Of a DNA stretch of 64,000 nucleotides, positions 23,138-36,200 are shown one piece after another. The DNA comes from Phaeosaccion multiseriatum (taxonomy: Eukaryota; Protista; Ochrophyta, other classes). The notes beneath the pieces were generated by a model. The model saw only the letters and a program-made list of their open reading frames with translations, had not been told where the DNA came from and ran no database searches. The number at the start of each line of letters is the position of its first letter. Position 1 is the stretch's first letter. A program made the position numbers and the translations under genes. Where the stretch lies: contig OZ218957.1 in the NCBI GenBank assembly GCA_965112735.1, positions 1,116,001 to 1,180,000 of the forward strand. The letters are read 5' to 3'.

Positions 23138-26100
23138 TCACTCGTCAACATCGCCCGCCTCTTCCTCGTCTTCGGGCTCTCCCTCAATGTCGATGATGAA
23201 GAAGCGCCCACTTTTGGCGTACAGACAAGCAGTGCCTCTTGATGCGCTTATCGCAAGCTTTGCATCAACAAGGTGTGCGGGGACGCTTCTGTACTGACAA
23301 CCCTCGATGTCGTCCATCGGTATCTGCCCCGAACCCCCTAGCCCCCCCCCTGAGCTCCCGCCCGCGGCGGTGAAGGCCAAGGCATCGTAGGGCATCATGA
23401 CGAGTAAACCTCCGTCCTCACCCGAATGGTCCGAGCCTCGGGCGAGGAGTAATAGCAGCAGCTCCGGGTTGGGCATTCTGACTCCGGGTGGGGTGCCGTA
23501 AAACGCCATTTGCTTACACGTGGTCCAACCCTCCGGGAAGGAGACTTGCGCAGCCCAGGTGTGGCCTTTTGAGGTGTTGCTACCAATCTGTGTATACGAA
23601 GCGCACAGAGGTCAACTTAGTCACCGGACAGGGCTCTAAAAAACGAAAAAGATATCCCCGTTTCATACTCTCATTCAGTGTACGTGCAGCAGTGGCGTTT
23701 CTGATGCCGAAGCAACCGTCGAGACTCTTTCCTGCACAAATCGGACTCACCTCATCCTCGCTATCGTTGCCATCACTACTATAATCTTCCGAGCCACCGC
23801 TGGCTCGGCCCTCTATTGATGCCACGGCACACGACTGGGCCACAGAAACTGAAAGCAAGCCGGGCCGCGCTGCCGCCGTGACTAACTTTGAGCGTCCAGA
23901 GTCCTCCCTGAAGTCCCATCCCTGACGAAAATGCTGCGATACAACCCTGTGTAGAGACGCGGCACACGGTAAAACATGTTGTGAATCCGACAACAAACAG
24001 ACCGTTGAAGCCTTTCCCGTGCAAGTTTCACCCAACCCCCCATCCCCTTTCGCAAAACCAGGGCCTCTGCTCCGGACGTACTTACGTGAATGAAGTGCCC
24101 AAAGCGGTGATGTGCTTCGCACTGTCGGTCACCTTCAGCCACCGCCGGGGTCGTTCCAAAAGGGCGTCGTAAAGCTTGCGCACTTTCCGCAGGGTGTGGA
24201 ACAGAGAGCTGGTTTGGACCGTAGTGTCCACAGGCAGGAAGGTGGGAAGATTCTGCCCTGTGGGTTTGCGATAGAGTAGAAAGATAGGTGGTCTGATTGG
24301 TTGGATTTTGGGACAGCCCAAAGCCCAGCTCGTCACCCCGAAATCACCTTTCGGGTCCTGCACAGGAGCCTTCGCCCAGCAGGGATCCACCTCTTCCTCG
24401 GAGGAGAGCATTGCTGCAACATTGGTACCCAAGATGGCCTCCAAACTAGCTCCGTCCCTCACTTCTTCGGTGCCCTTCCTCCGAGTCCCCGGCTCTCGCA
24501 AGAAAACGAGCATTTCCTGAACGAAAGTCATCCATCAGAGCACTTTGGGGTGAGCGCAATGACGAGTGGTGTCCTTTTCTGCTGCAAGAATCGGCGTACC
24601 TTGATGAGAGAGAGCTGTGGCGCTGCTCTGGCAATTCCGTCCTGCCCCGCCTGGGCGTCTGCTGCCTGCGCCCTGGCCACTTCCATGAACCAGGTGATGG
24701 TACTCGCCATCCTATCTCGTGTAAGCTGGACTTGCCGGGACACCTGGGGCCATGGTTTGGGGCGGGGGCGGGGATTGAGGTAAACTCCCAACTTCGAACT
24801 TTGCCACACACACCTCCACTCACCGCCTCCGCCTTTGTAAACGCATCATTGCAAGCATGCTCGAGGTCGAGTCCCTCCCGCCCCTTTATCCCATCCCTCT
24901 TGTCGTAAAAGCTCTGGGCACGGAGCAAGCACAACAGCTCCGAAGCGCGCAAGTGCACTGCCCTGCTCAGGAGGCACACGTGGTTCCGGAGCAAGGTCTC
25001 CACGGCCGCCGTACTACTTTCAGCGGACTTGCTGAGCTTTAGTATGTGGTTCTCCGTCATATCGTTCGCGAAGAATTGGCGCAGTGCCGCGCTGAAATGC
25101 CCACAGGTCACCTGCGGTGCGCAGAGCATTCTTTATGAATCTCATGCAAAGTTTAATTCCTCTCCGCTTTCTTTTAACACTGTACCCACTCACCAGGTTC
25201 AGCAGCGCGTCCCGAGGTGATGCATCCTCGCCATGACCAGCAAGTAGCCGACAGAGCACCTTGAGCTTGTCTTCCAAAGGTTTGAGCGCCGCCGTCCACT
25301 GTTGGCCCGCCCTCTTCACAGCGACCTCGAGGTGATTCAGATCTGCCTCCAAGGCACCGTACTGCTGCGTGAGCTGGCACAAGGAGTGACGCCGGGACCA
25401 TAGCTGCGGCAGGTTGACCGACATGGTCTGTTTTGGCAGGCTTGGAGTATCCCCGTCACAGACAAGCACCTGTGGTACGGCGGCAAAGGTCGGTGATTCT
25501 TCAGCAAGACACGCGCTTTCCGGATGGAGCGGCGCACGACACCACGCACCGAGAGGACTCCAAGGTTTCTCGAGAAGACCACTTGTTGAGGCAGGCCCCC
25601 GTCGACCTGGAAGCGCACGAGCTCGAATATCCCTGCCAAGGACACAACCACCTGGCGTGGCCGGGGGGAGCGGGTAAACGGGGCTCCCCTGTAAGTTCCA
25701 AAAAGAGCTTCCTTTTCTTCAGTATTCCCTGTCCCGAAGAAGCTCACCTGACCGGACCTATCCGCACTGACAAAGACGTTGAGGGGGCCCGACATGGCTT
25801 GGCCACCTTGTCTGCTCTTCCTGCCCCCAGTGTCCTGCTCTGGAGGGAGAGGCATTTGTCCTAGCACGCAATGACACCGGGACACTATTGGGGTAGTGAG
25901 ATGTGAAATCGAATCTTCCTGAGGCACGAAACGAGTGAGACGGGGGAGGGACGGGGGCGCCGTGTCATCCTTGCTTTGCGCAGATTGCGACTGTGGTGTG
26001 GATGATAGAAACTCGCCTACCTTGGCGTCGCGAGCTCCGTACTCGCCCTCCTCCTGCGCCACCCACGCCATCGTCGACACCTCTGCGGTGTGATAAGAAG

Positions 26101-26466
26101 GTGTGTACCCCAACTCAGCACCAGTCTCGACAGAGATCAGCCGCACCCCACCACTCGTGTCTCCCAGCGCCAGCGTCTTGCCATCGGGAGACCACACTAT
26201 GCAAGAGATGGCCCTAAAGAAGACGAAGGCAGCAAGCATGAGCTAGGGTCTACTTTCCAGTAGGCGTAAGAGCCACTTCTTGCCACGAACCTGTTTTCTA
26301 GGTCCTCCGCAGAGATGTTGAGTGTCTTTTGCCAAGGCACCGACGTCCGGAAGACAGAGAGGCCGTTCTCTCTCAACCCAACCGCCACGAGATCCATCGT
26401 CGGACACAGGGACGCAACCTTGCACCCCAGCACCCTCTCATGGAGAACGCTTAGTCTGGACACCAT
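23138..26466 (-). CDS. ANAPC4: Anaphase-promoting complex subunit 4
   Basis: N-terminal 'LCPTMDLVAVG...LSVFR..WQK', 'WSPDGKTLALGD..G.VRLISVETG'; helical middle; C-terminal 'FYG...LLLLL...SASRGTACL...RFFIIDIEGEPEDEEE'. Confidence 0.9.
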
Positions 26467-26625
26467 GGAAAGAGGAATGGGGCGATAAAAGCGAGCGAAA
26501 TAATAAAGAGAAAAGGAGCCCACGAGGAATCGTTGACATATGAATTAAATTGTTGACATATTGCTTCTCCCTGTAGAAAGCAGCGAAGGTGGAAAGAGAG
26601 TGGACAGCAGGCAAAGGCCTCCAAC

Positions 26626-27102
26626 ATGGAGCAAATGCTGGAGCGGACGATACAGACGGAAAGGCAAGAGAAGGACGAGGCACGGCTCTTGGCGCTCGTG
26701 AGCAATGATGCGCACGGACTCTGCTTTGGAGGTACGACGTTCGATGCCAGCGAATGTGGAAGTGTCCGATTGCGAACCATTCCCCGACCCCAACGTGTGT
26801 GCTTTGTCTCGTCCGCCCAGCTGCTCCTAAGGAAGAAGCAGCGTATGCGGGGTCGTATCAGTCGATCGTGGGCAACGCGTCGCGGCTGTTCTCAGAGGAG
26901 TACGCGCCCATCGTTTTGATTGAGACGAACAAACGGTAAGTTGGCTTAGCTCGTGCTGTCTCGCAGGTGCTAAAGGATGCAAATCTCAGCTCCATCCATC
27001 CCCCACCCCCCCAACACACCCAACAGGTGTATTTTGGTTCGTCAGTGCGACGAGGTTGTGCTGGCCGCTTCCCAGCAGGAAGAGGGCTCGCCGATGCCAT
27101 GA
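26626..27102 (+). CDS. LAMTOR5: Ragulator subunit LAMTOR5 (HBXIP)-like roadblock protein, 3 exons
   Basis: Spliced MEQMLERTI...LLALVSNDAHGLCFG|A..EEAAYAGSYQSIVGNASRLFSEEYAPIVLIETNKR|CILVRQCDEVVLAASQQ*; parallels the LAMTOR5 pattern (D.QGL.LG...AG....A.KL...P.V.LE....I.I...D...A). Confidence 0.75.
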
Positions 27103-27358
27103 GGCGTGACACATCACTATGTGCATGTATATATATACGTAACGATAGAGCCCGAAGACTTGCATTGTTCGGACTCGCTCTCCTACATGTGCTCCGTTGC
27201 TGAGGCATCCTATCATGAGCGTGTTATTCTGTGTCCCGTGCTGCCCTCGTGTCCAGAGAGTGACACATGGAGGTGCAGACGCAGATCTTCAGCTTTTGTA
27301 TCCACTATTTGGATAACAGGCTCCGAAAGAGTAGCAGGCGATGGCCACGCCCCCCACG

Positions 27359-30300
27359 TCATTGCTCTCGCTCAAGGTACTGCCTGGCTGCCTGTACCGC
27401 GTCATCTATGTTCCTGGCGTCGGCGGCCTGCCCCTGGGCGTTGCCTGGCCGCCCACCCCCTCTGCCTCCCACCGGCTCCAGCGCGGCGTTGAGCCACTCG
27501 TTCGCCTTCAGACCGGAGCTCTCTTGGATCTGCACGAGCGTGGTGGTGGGTCGCGGTGAGGAAGCAATGCCCGAAACCCCGCCCCTGCCCCGTCTTGACT
27601 TGCACTCACCTTGTCGGGCACCAGTGTGAAGACGAGCAGCTTGCCTGACCCCGTCTCTGCGTCTTCCGGGGAGAGGCCCATGAACGCCAAGCCTGGGGCC
27701 TCTTTTTGTACTGCGGTGAGGACTTGCTTGACGGCTTTGCTGTCCCCTCCAATATTGACGACAGTCACGAGCCCAACGCTGCCAGCCTCGACAGCAGCAG
27801 CAGCGGCAGCCTGCAGATAGAATATAGATAGTTAGTGTGGGGGAGGGGGGGGGGGTCTTTCCAAAATCATCCTTGCGGGAAATCACTAACCCTCGCTTCC
27901 TCGACGCCCTTCTCAGCGGACTGCGCAGCGAGCAGCTTCTGCTGCTGGCTGACCCTCTTGAGCTGCGACTCCAGCTCCCCTCGCAGGCGGCTCTTGAGGG
28001 CTGCAGAGGCAGGCGAGGCGTCAACAGCCTGGCGGACGCTGTTAGCCTTCTTGTCCACCTCCGTGATGGGCAGAGTCTTGAGCTGAAGCGAGAGGGAGGG
28101 ACGGATCCGGCTTTGAGAAGCCCCCCCCCAATGCAAAATAAACATCTCCCAGTTTTGTAACATACCTGCTCCACCTGCTCTTCCAAGGCCCTCCCCTCCT
28201 TCAAGGCCGTGGTGGCGGCCTCCCCAGTCACCGCCGTTATTCTCCGGATGCCCTTGGCTACGGCCGTCTCCTCACACAACACAAAGGCGGCGGCGTCTGC
28301 GGTATTGCTCAAGTGTGTGCCGCCGCAGAACTCCACGCTCGACGAGCCCCACTCCTGGTCCTCCGGGTTGCTGACCATCTCCTCAATGGGTAGACCCACA
28401 GAGATGACCCGCACGGGGTCCGGGTACGCCTCCCCGAACACAGGCCTCAACCCGCTGATAGCCTTTGCCTTTTCAAGCGGCACTACGGCCGAGTAGACCG
28501 GCTGCTCCTTCTCAATGACAGACTGAACAATGCCCTCCACCTTCTCGAGCTCCTTCGAGGTCAGAGCCTTGTTGTGGGAAAAGTCGAACCGCAGCTTCTG
28601 CTGAGAGACCAGCGAGCCCCGCTGATCCACACTTCCCCCCAGCACTTGACGCAATGCAAAGTTAAGGACGTGCGTCATAGTGTGATTCGGAGCCACGCGG
28701 CGGCGGGCTTCTCCGTCCACTGCCCCTACGCAACCCGCCCCCACCGAAATTTCTGCGCCAGAGGAGTCTGCAGCCACAGAGCAAATGTGCAACACATATC
28801 CAGCAAAGTTCTGTGCATCCAAGACGTCCAGCACGGCGCCGTTCGTCAAGCGAATGTGTCCGATATCCGCTTCCTGCCCTCCTGACTCGGCGTAAAAGGG
28901 ACTCTTGTCCAAAATGACTCCGATCCGTCGCCCCTCCTCCGCCGAGTCTGCACCCAAGGACTGCATGAAAGTGGCACTATCCCCGTCGAACAAGGCCAAC
29001 ACCTTCACCTCTTCTTTACAAGTCTGGCTCGGGTCGCGGTACTTGGCCGCATCGTCTGTCGTGGGTATCTCCTCCTGTGCGAGCCAGGCAGTCTCTGCGG
29101 CTTCCAGCACCATGGGCTTGGCCCCGCCGCTCTTCCTGAGCTTCGCGGCCTCTCTACTGCGCTTCTTCTGCTGTTCCAGCTCCAGTTCGAAGCCCTTCGC
29201 GAGACGACGTACAGACAGACACACACGCACACACACGCACACACGTCGGTAACCCACTCCTTTTGCCTACGCTCGGCACCCACAACACCTACATACCTGC
29301 ATGTCGACAGTCATGTCCACTTCCTCGGCCATGACCTGCGTCAAGTCGACGGGAAAGCCGAGGCTGTCGTACAGAAAGAAGGCCTGTCCCCCCGAAATGG
29401 CGGCGTCCCCCGTGGCGCGGTTCTCTGCAGAAATCTCCTCAAAGTACTTAATGCCCCTGTCCAGCATGGCATTGAAGCTTGCCTCCTCCTCGGCAATGAC
29501 CTCCTCAATCATCGCTTGCTTGCCCGGGAGCTCGGTGAAAAAGGGCGCTGCGCGCTCTACCACCACGGGAACCAGCGAGGTCAAGACCCCAGGCTTGGCG
29601 CCCAACTTCTGCTGCGCATACCGCACTGCTCTGCGCAAGATTCGGCGGAGAACGTAGCCTCTCCCCTCATTGCTCGGAATCGCTCCGTCGCCGATGGCGA
29701 AGACCAGCGTCCTCATGTGGTCTGCCACAACTGTCAGACAAAGAGGTGTGCATTACAAAAGAGTTGCAAATAGCCCCCTCCAACCCCTCACAACCATCAA
29801 CACAGCAACTCACCTCTATAGGCGGTGTCTACAAAGTCAGGGTCCTCCTCTCCCAGCTTCCCTCCGTACGCTGGCGCACCCGTCTTCTCACGGATTTCGT
29901 CGAAGATGGGTGTAAACACGTCTGTGTCATAGTTGGACTTTTTGTCCTGAAGGACTGTCACAAGCCTTTCAAGACCCATACCTGTGTCAATATGCTAAAG
30001 AACGCGCGGGTACCGGTGTGAGTCAACCACCACATGCAGCACACACGCCCTCCCTCTTCCCCAGCTTCGCACCTTGGCCGGAAGCGTCTTGAGGCTGCCG
30101 TCCTCTTCCCTATTGAACTGAATGAACACGAGGTTCCAGATTTCGATCACTGTGGGGTCGTCCATGTTCACCAAAGGCGCAGCATCCCTGCCGCCTAGCA
30201 GGTCATAGTGCAGCTCGGAGCACGGCCCACAAGGCCCAACATCTCCCATCTGGTCGAGGAGGGAGGACATGACACAAGTTGAGTGTCCACGACCCCACCT

Positions 30301-31231
30301 CTCAATGAGGAAACTGGTCGTGACCCACCTCCCAAAAGTTGTCCTTGGTCCCGAAGGGCACGACTCTCTCTGCAGGAAGTAATCGGAGCCAAAAGTCTCG
30401 AGCTTCGGTGTCAGCCTCCAGTCCCATCGCCTCGTCTCCCCCGAAGTAGGACGCATACAGGCGGGAGGTCTGGAGCCCATATGTCTTGGTAAGTATGTCA
30501 AACGACCACTCGATAGCCTCACTCTTAAAATAATCTCCGAAAGACCACGTCCCGAGCATCTCGAAAAAGGTGTGATGGTACGTGTCCCGGCCGACCTGGG
30601 GAGTTGGTACAAAGCAAAGGATGGGCTGTGAGCTCTTGTTCCTACGCCGTACACCCCCGACAAAGACGGGAGCTTACATCTTCCAGGTCGTTGTGCTTTC
30701 CTCCTGCTCGGATGCACTTTTGGCTGTTCACCGCTCTCGAGAGGCCAGCCAAGGGGCCCTTGGGGTCCGTCTGTCCCAAGAATACGGACTTGAACTGGTT
30801 CATTCCTGCCAGGGTAGCAGCACAGCAGCAACAACAGCAGGAGGAGGAGGTAAGAGGCCATCCTTGTTCAAAGGGAGGATCACCTGATGCAACTTGCCTG
30901 CATTAACAAACAAGAGCGTAGGGTCATCGAAAGGCACCACTGGGGAGGAGGGATAGAAGGTATGCGCCTGTTTCTCCTGAAAGTACTCCACGAACGTCGA
31001 GCGAACACGCGCACTACTCCATTCCTCTTGCAGAGAAGGAGCGGCAGCTGCGGGAGTCTCACTGCTGCTACTGCTGCTTCGCAGAGGGCCCCTCCTGGAG
31101 CCAGCCCATGAGGAGGAGAAACGCACGCCTCTCTTCAGCACGCCGCTCTGGAACCCGGCGATGCGAGCTGCACAGGAAGACAGCATCAGCAGCAAGTAGA
31201 GACCACCGAGACCACCGAGCCGGGCCCCCAT
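27359..31231 (-). CDS. AARS: Alanyl-tRNA synthetase (eukaryotic type) with bipartite signal + transit presequence
   Basis: [10 protein letters not shown]...[67 protein letters not shown], editing HTMTH and EFCGGTH, C-terminal GGRGGG; N-terminus hydrophobic then 'IAG-F'. Confidence 0.97.
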
Positions 31232-31373
31232 GTCCTCTCACGTCACTGTGGAGGAGGGGAAAGGGAAAGGGGACAAAATTATGTCATTCGCCATCTGTGA
31301 TGGGTTGTTGGTCGTCCGTTCCCCCTCGAATCACCTCCATTTTTTCCGAGTATTAGCAAGAGCCAAAAAAAAG

Positions 31374-32551
31374 ATGAAAACAGCAGCCGCCGCTGTCGTG
31401 GTGGCGGTCTTGTCTCTTCTGGGAGGCAGCGTGGCAGATGTGAAAGAGCCAGCGACCCACATCTCTTTCAAAGAGAGCATGAAGCTGCCCGGAGGCTCAC
31501 AGACCAGGTGTGTCGTGCCCTCTCTCTGCCCTTCTCTTGCGCCTTTCTCGTTGCCTCATTCACACCTCTCCTTGCAGTCTCGCAGGTGTAGGTGTCCGGG
31601 TTAAGAAGATAGGGCCCGTCAAGGCGAAAGTGTACGCCCTCGGGATGTACATGGACAAGTCGGGGGCCCAAAAGACCCTCTCCAAGTACACGTGCGTTTC
31701 TGGGTTACTGGGGAGGGAGGAGGGCGGGAAGGAGTCAACCCGTGACGTGCTATCCATTTTTCTCCACTAGCGTGCTTTCGGTTCCATGGGCAGCCGTAAA
31801 TAGTAGATAGCATGCTGGCTGACGCGGGCAGCAGCAGATACCACGTCCGCCTGAGCCGGGCGATAGCAGATAGCGATGCCAGATAGCAGACAGGCTGCCG
31901 CTGCCAATGGTAGATACCAGCTCGACAATATCAACGATAGTAGATGACTGGTAGCACGTATGGGTCGAAAGGAGGACGCGGTGTTGCCCTCTTCAGCCCC
32001 TTCTTCAACATCCTTCTCCGCTTGGCTTCCCCACAGGAACGTGGACAAGTCCTCCCTGAAGAAAGACCAATCCTTCTTCAATGCCATCAAGGGAGGGAAG
32101 TTTGAGAAGACTTTTGTAAGTGGTTGCGGCTGTAAGTTGCGGGGGGGGGGCGGGGTGGCGAGAGGGTGGTCTCTCACCCTGTAAGCAATTCTCTCCTTCT
32201 TGCTTGTTGCAGGTATTGAAAATGGCGCGCAAGGTTGGCACGGAGAAGATGGTGTCTGCGCTGGCTGAAAGCGTCAAGCCGCGCATGCGGGGAAGCAAAG
32301 CCCCACTCGAGGAGTTTGAGTCCATTCTGCTCGAGGCAGTGAGCGCCGAAGGAGCGGCCAACAAGGGGATGCAGTTCGGCTTTGTCTGCAAGCCCGGGTC
32401 TCTGTGTGTCAGCATCAACGGCAAACAAGCTGGAACGATCAGCAGCGGCTCCCTTAGCGACGCTATGCAGGACGTGTATCTCGATGGAAAAGGCGTCTCG
32501 CCAGATTGCAAGGCTAACGTAGCGCAGACGATCTCGGGTTGGCTCGCGTAG
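31374..32551 (+). CDS. Chalcone-isomerase-fold (FAP-type, non-catalytic) protein with signal peptide
   Basis: VKEPATHISF...LAGVGVRVKKIGPVKAKVYALGMY...LKMARKVG...ALAESVKPR...LSDAMQDVYLDGKGVSPDCK. Confidence 0.85.
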
Positions 32552-32844
32552 AGAGAGAGCTCAAGCGCGAGGCCCTGCTGACCCTGGGGCTCTCGTACTT
32601 CCTTTTATATGCAGATAGACTTAGACGCCAAAGACCTCAAAACGCCAAAAAAAAAAGAGAGATCAATAATTCTCTCTCTCTGGTGTAGCGTAACGCCATA
32701 TTTATTTTTTATTTCCATTTTCGCTCGGTGTGATACTGGCCCCTTTTGTCGTGCAAGGAGGGAGGAAGACAGGAGAGCGAAGAGCGCGTGTCGGTATTAT
32801 TATGCATTGCCCGGCAACTCCCTTTCGACCCTGGACAAGATTAT

Positions 32845-32955
32845 CTGATTCCTGATTATGACCGGCGCCAGCCGGCCTGATTACTGATTATGGCGCCAGC
32901 CCGATGAAATGGCCGGCGCCAGCCAGCCTGGTTGCTGATTATGCGCCAGCCGGGG
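32845..32955 (+). promoter_or_regulatory. Cluster of reiterated GCGCCAGCC and CTGATT(ATG) motifs upstream of the giant gene
   Basis: GCGCCAGCC occurs 4 times and CTGATT about 5 times in ~110 bp; regulatory role is inferred only. Confidence 0.35.
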
Positions 32956-33218
32956 GGTTTTGTTCGGCGCACACCGTAGATCTGGTGTTTGTGGAGTTGG
33001 GTGTCCTCGCCCCCCCGCCCCCCCCAAACGTGGCCACTAAACGGTTAAATTCCGATCAAATTCCCGCTTCCCCTCTTTATCTGCGCCACACTATTTTGCT
33101 GCAGCAGCAGCAAATCTACCGCCGCCAAAAGTAGGATCATAGATAAAGACATGAGTTGTGAAGCCCAGGTCTCCCTCCCAAGGCGATCTGGAGAGTCAAT
33201 CTGCAGATCCAGCCTAAA

Positions 33219-36200
33219 ATGGTGATGGGGCTCTTCCGGCGTCTGGCGCTGGTATGGATCCTCCAGCTCGCCCTCTCCTATGAGTTGCGCTTGCGAGTGC
33301 AACCAGGGCGAGCAGAAGGAGGGCTGGAGTTCTTGGAACAGCCTCAGGTGATCTTTGTCCCTCTCCTCTCGACGTACAAGCTTTCGTCCTCATCCTTTCC
33401 CTCCCGGCTTTGCCTTTGACCCAGCTTGAAATCCTCGAGGATGGAAGCGAAGAGCTGGCTAAAGGCTTCCTCGGGTACGGCACATGTCACCTATATTCTA
33501 GGCCCTCCGGACAACAGCACCAAGAGGTTTGGAAGGATGGGGGAACCAGCTTGATTGAGACTGCAGCATCTTTCAGCGGGTGAGTCGGGAAGAGAAGCGG
33601 GGCAGGCCAGCGAGCAAGCTGCCCCCTGACGCACTGCTTTCCATCTCAACGCAGAGGGAGGGCTACATTCTCGGGGCTGTCCATCTCTGGGGCAGGCGTG
33701 GGCTATGAGCTTCGCTTCACTGCGTACACCAGGTAAGACACCACGTCCAGGGCTCTTTGGAAGGGTTGGAAAAGGGATGCAGGCAAAGCTAAGTCAGACC
33801 TTCTCTCTTTGTGCACAGTGCTGGTGTCGGAGTCGCCTTTGTGGACAGTGAACCTCTTGATGTTCAAGTCGGCGATGCTTACTCCATCGCTTTTGTGGCA
33901 CCCGTTGGCTCCGTCTGGGGTGGGGAAACTTTTGAGGATGCACCCGTTGTCGCTGTGCGAGACAAGGGAGGAAACGACGTAACATACTTCAGTGGGGGCT
34001 TTGTGCACGCCTTTCTAGCCGAGGCTCCGGAAGGGGGCTTCTTGCAGCCCTCGCACTCGGTGAGGTCCAAGGTGGTGCGAGGCTACGCAGATTTGAGCAG
34101 CCTCCGCATTGACAAAGCCGGGTCCGACTACGTGCTGGCCGTCAACACTTCGCTGACGCTGGCTGGAGTGGATTATCTCGAATCAGAGCCCTTCACAGTG
34201 GCAGTCGGACCGCCCAACCGCCTGGTCCTGTCCGAGGTGGGTTACATTCCATCTCTTGCCCCCGAAGCGCTCTCTCGTTGCTGACTGTCGGCGTGTCTCT
34301 GACAGGACCCCGTCAATGGCACCATCCGGGCGGGTGTGCCATTTGAAGTGCAGCCCACTGTGATGGTGTATGACGCAGGAGGGAATGTGCTTGATGAAGA
34401 CAGCGAATCAGGTAGGCAGGGAAGGGGGAAGTTGGGGACAGGGTTCGCGTGTGGGTGCGTCTGTCCGTCTGTCTGTCTCTGTCGACTGACACGGTGCGTC
34501 GTGACCCCACCCTGCAGCGGTCCTTGTGGCCATTCACAAGAACACTGCAAAGGCATCCCTGGGCCCAGACGACAAGGTAAGATCCACGTACAGCGCTTTC
34601 CACGGCCCACAGAGCCCTCGGATCGCTGAGCTGTGGAGCCTGCCCTATTTGCCCGGCAGGTATTCGAGGTCCTTGACGCTGGGGTGGCCACGTTTGGAAG
34701 CCTCTCCATCGACCGCGTGGGCTACGCCATGTCCCTACGTTTCACTCTGTACGAGTACGATCACTTCTCCGACGATTGGCACGAGGTGAGATGAGAGCGT
34801 CTGAGCGAAGAACGAACCGTGCGCCTCACGCTGCTGCTGCTGCTTCGCCTCCCCCTCCCCCGCTCTCTTCTCTTTCCCGATCATCAGACGGGCATCTTCG
34901 CAGACTCAGCCTCCTTTCACGTGAGGGAAGGGCCCGTGAGGGGCCTGAGAGTGGATCGGAGTATCGACGGAGGCTGGGCAGGAGGTGAGGAGAAGGGCTA
35001 TATCTGTGTGGCGGGCATCTTGGTCCGGAGTAACAGAGCCGCCCTCGGCCGCTTTCCTCTCTCGGATCTCAGGACGAGCCTTCAAGGGTCAGCCGCACCT
35101 GTCCCTGGTGGACTGCGGAATGAATGTAGTGACGGCCGACAACGAGACAGTGGTGGTGGCCTCCATCACCCCGTCCCTGGCCGTGAGCTACGACGTGGCT
35201 GTCGACACTTCCGCAGATGCAGCGGTGCACGTGCTTGACGTGTCCACCACATCAGGTACGGGAGGGAGGGTGGGAGGAATGCCCCTACTGGGTTAACCTG
35301 TCCCTGTGCCGCTGCTAAGCCTTGTGCAACTCACGACGGCCTTCTTGAACCTCCTCTCCCTCTCTCTCTCCGCAGCGCTCGGGACAGCGGCAGTAGGGGA
35401 TGAGGTCCCCATTCAAGTGACCTTCAACGCGGAGGTTGTCGTGGACACTGCGGAGGGAAGCGCCATTCCCACGCTCTCTCTGAACAACTCGGCTTCAGCC
35501 GTCTTGGTGAACAGCACCACAAACACGACCAGCTCGGTCCTCACCTTTCTATACTCGGTGGGGACAGGCGACGAGAGTGGCTTTCTCGCCTACTCAGACG
35601 TAGATGCTTTGGAGCTGAACGGAGCGAGCATGGTGCGTGGATGAAGAAAACTCCTTCTCTGTTCCAGTGGGAGGGAGACAGGTTCCAATTTCGCCCCCCC
35701 TGCCCCCCCCCCCCCTTCTTTTTCTTTGCTTAGGTTGACTTGTTGGGGAGGAGTGCAAACATCACTCTCCCCTCCGTAGGACAGAACGGAAGCCTGTCGG
35801 GGGGGGCGGGGGGCTTTTTCATCGACACTGCCGTGCCCTACGTGACCGCCGTAGGGACCTCTCTGGACAGCGGGGAGTACGGAGTTGGTCAAGCCTTGGT
35901 GAGGAGTAGAGCCGTAAAGCCCCATCCTGCTCCAGCCGTCTCACACCCTTCGCTCTCCTGCTCTCAGGTTGTGGCCGTGAATTTCAGTTTCCCGGTGACT
36001 GTGGCCACTGCTAGCTCTGCGCCCCCTCCGCTCTTTCCCCTCGAGCTGAATGCGACCAACCTCGTCTACGCGACGTACTTCACCGGTAGTGGCAGCAACC
36101 AGCTTCTGTTCAAGTACTCCGTAAAGGTACGCTCGAGCTTCCCTGGCACCCTCGCCCGCCCACAAGCGCCGCGCACACCCCCACCCCCGACATTGCTGTG

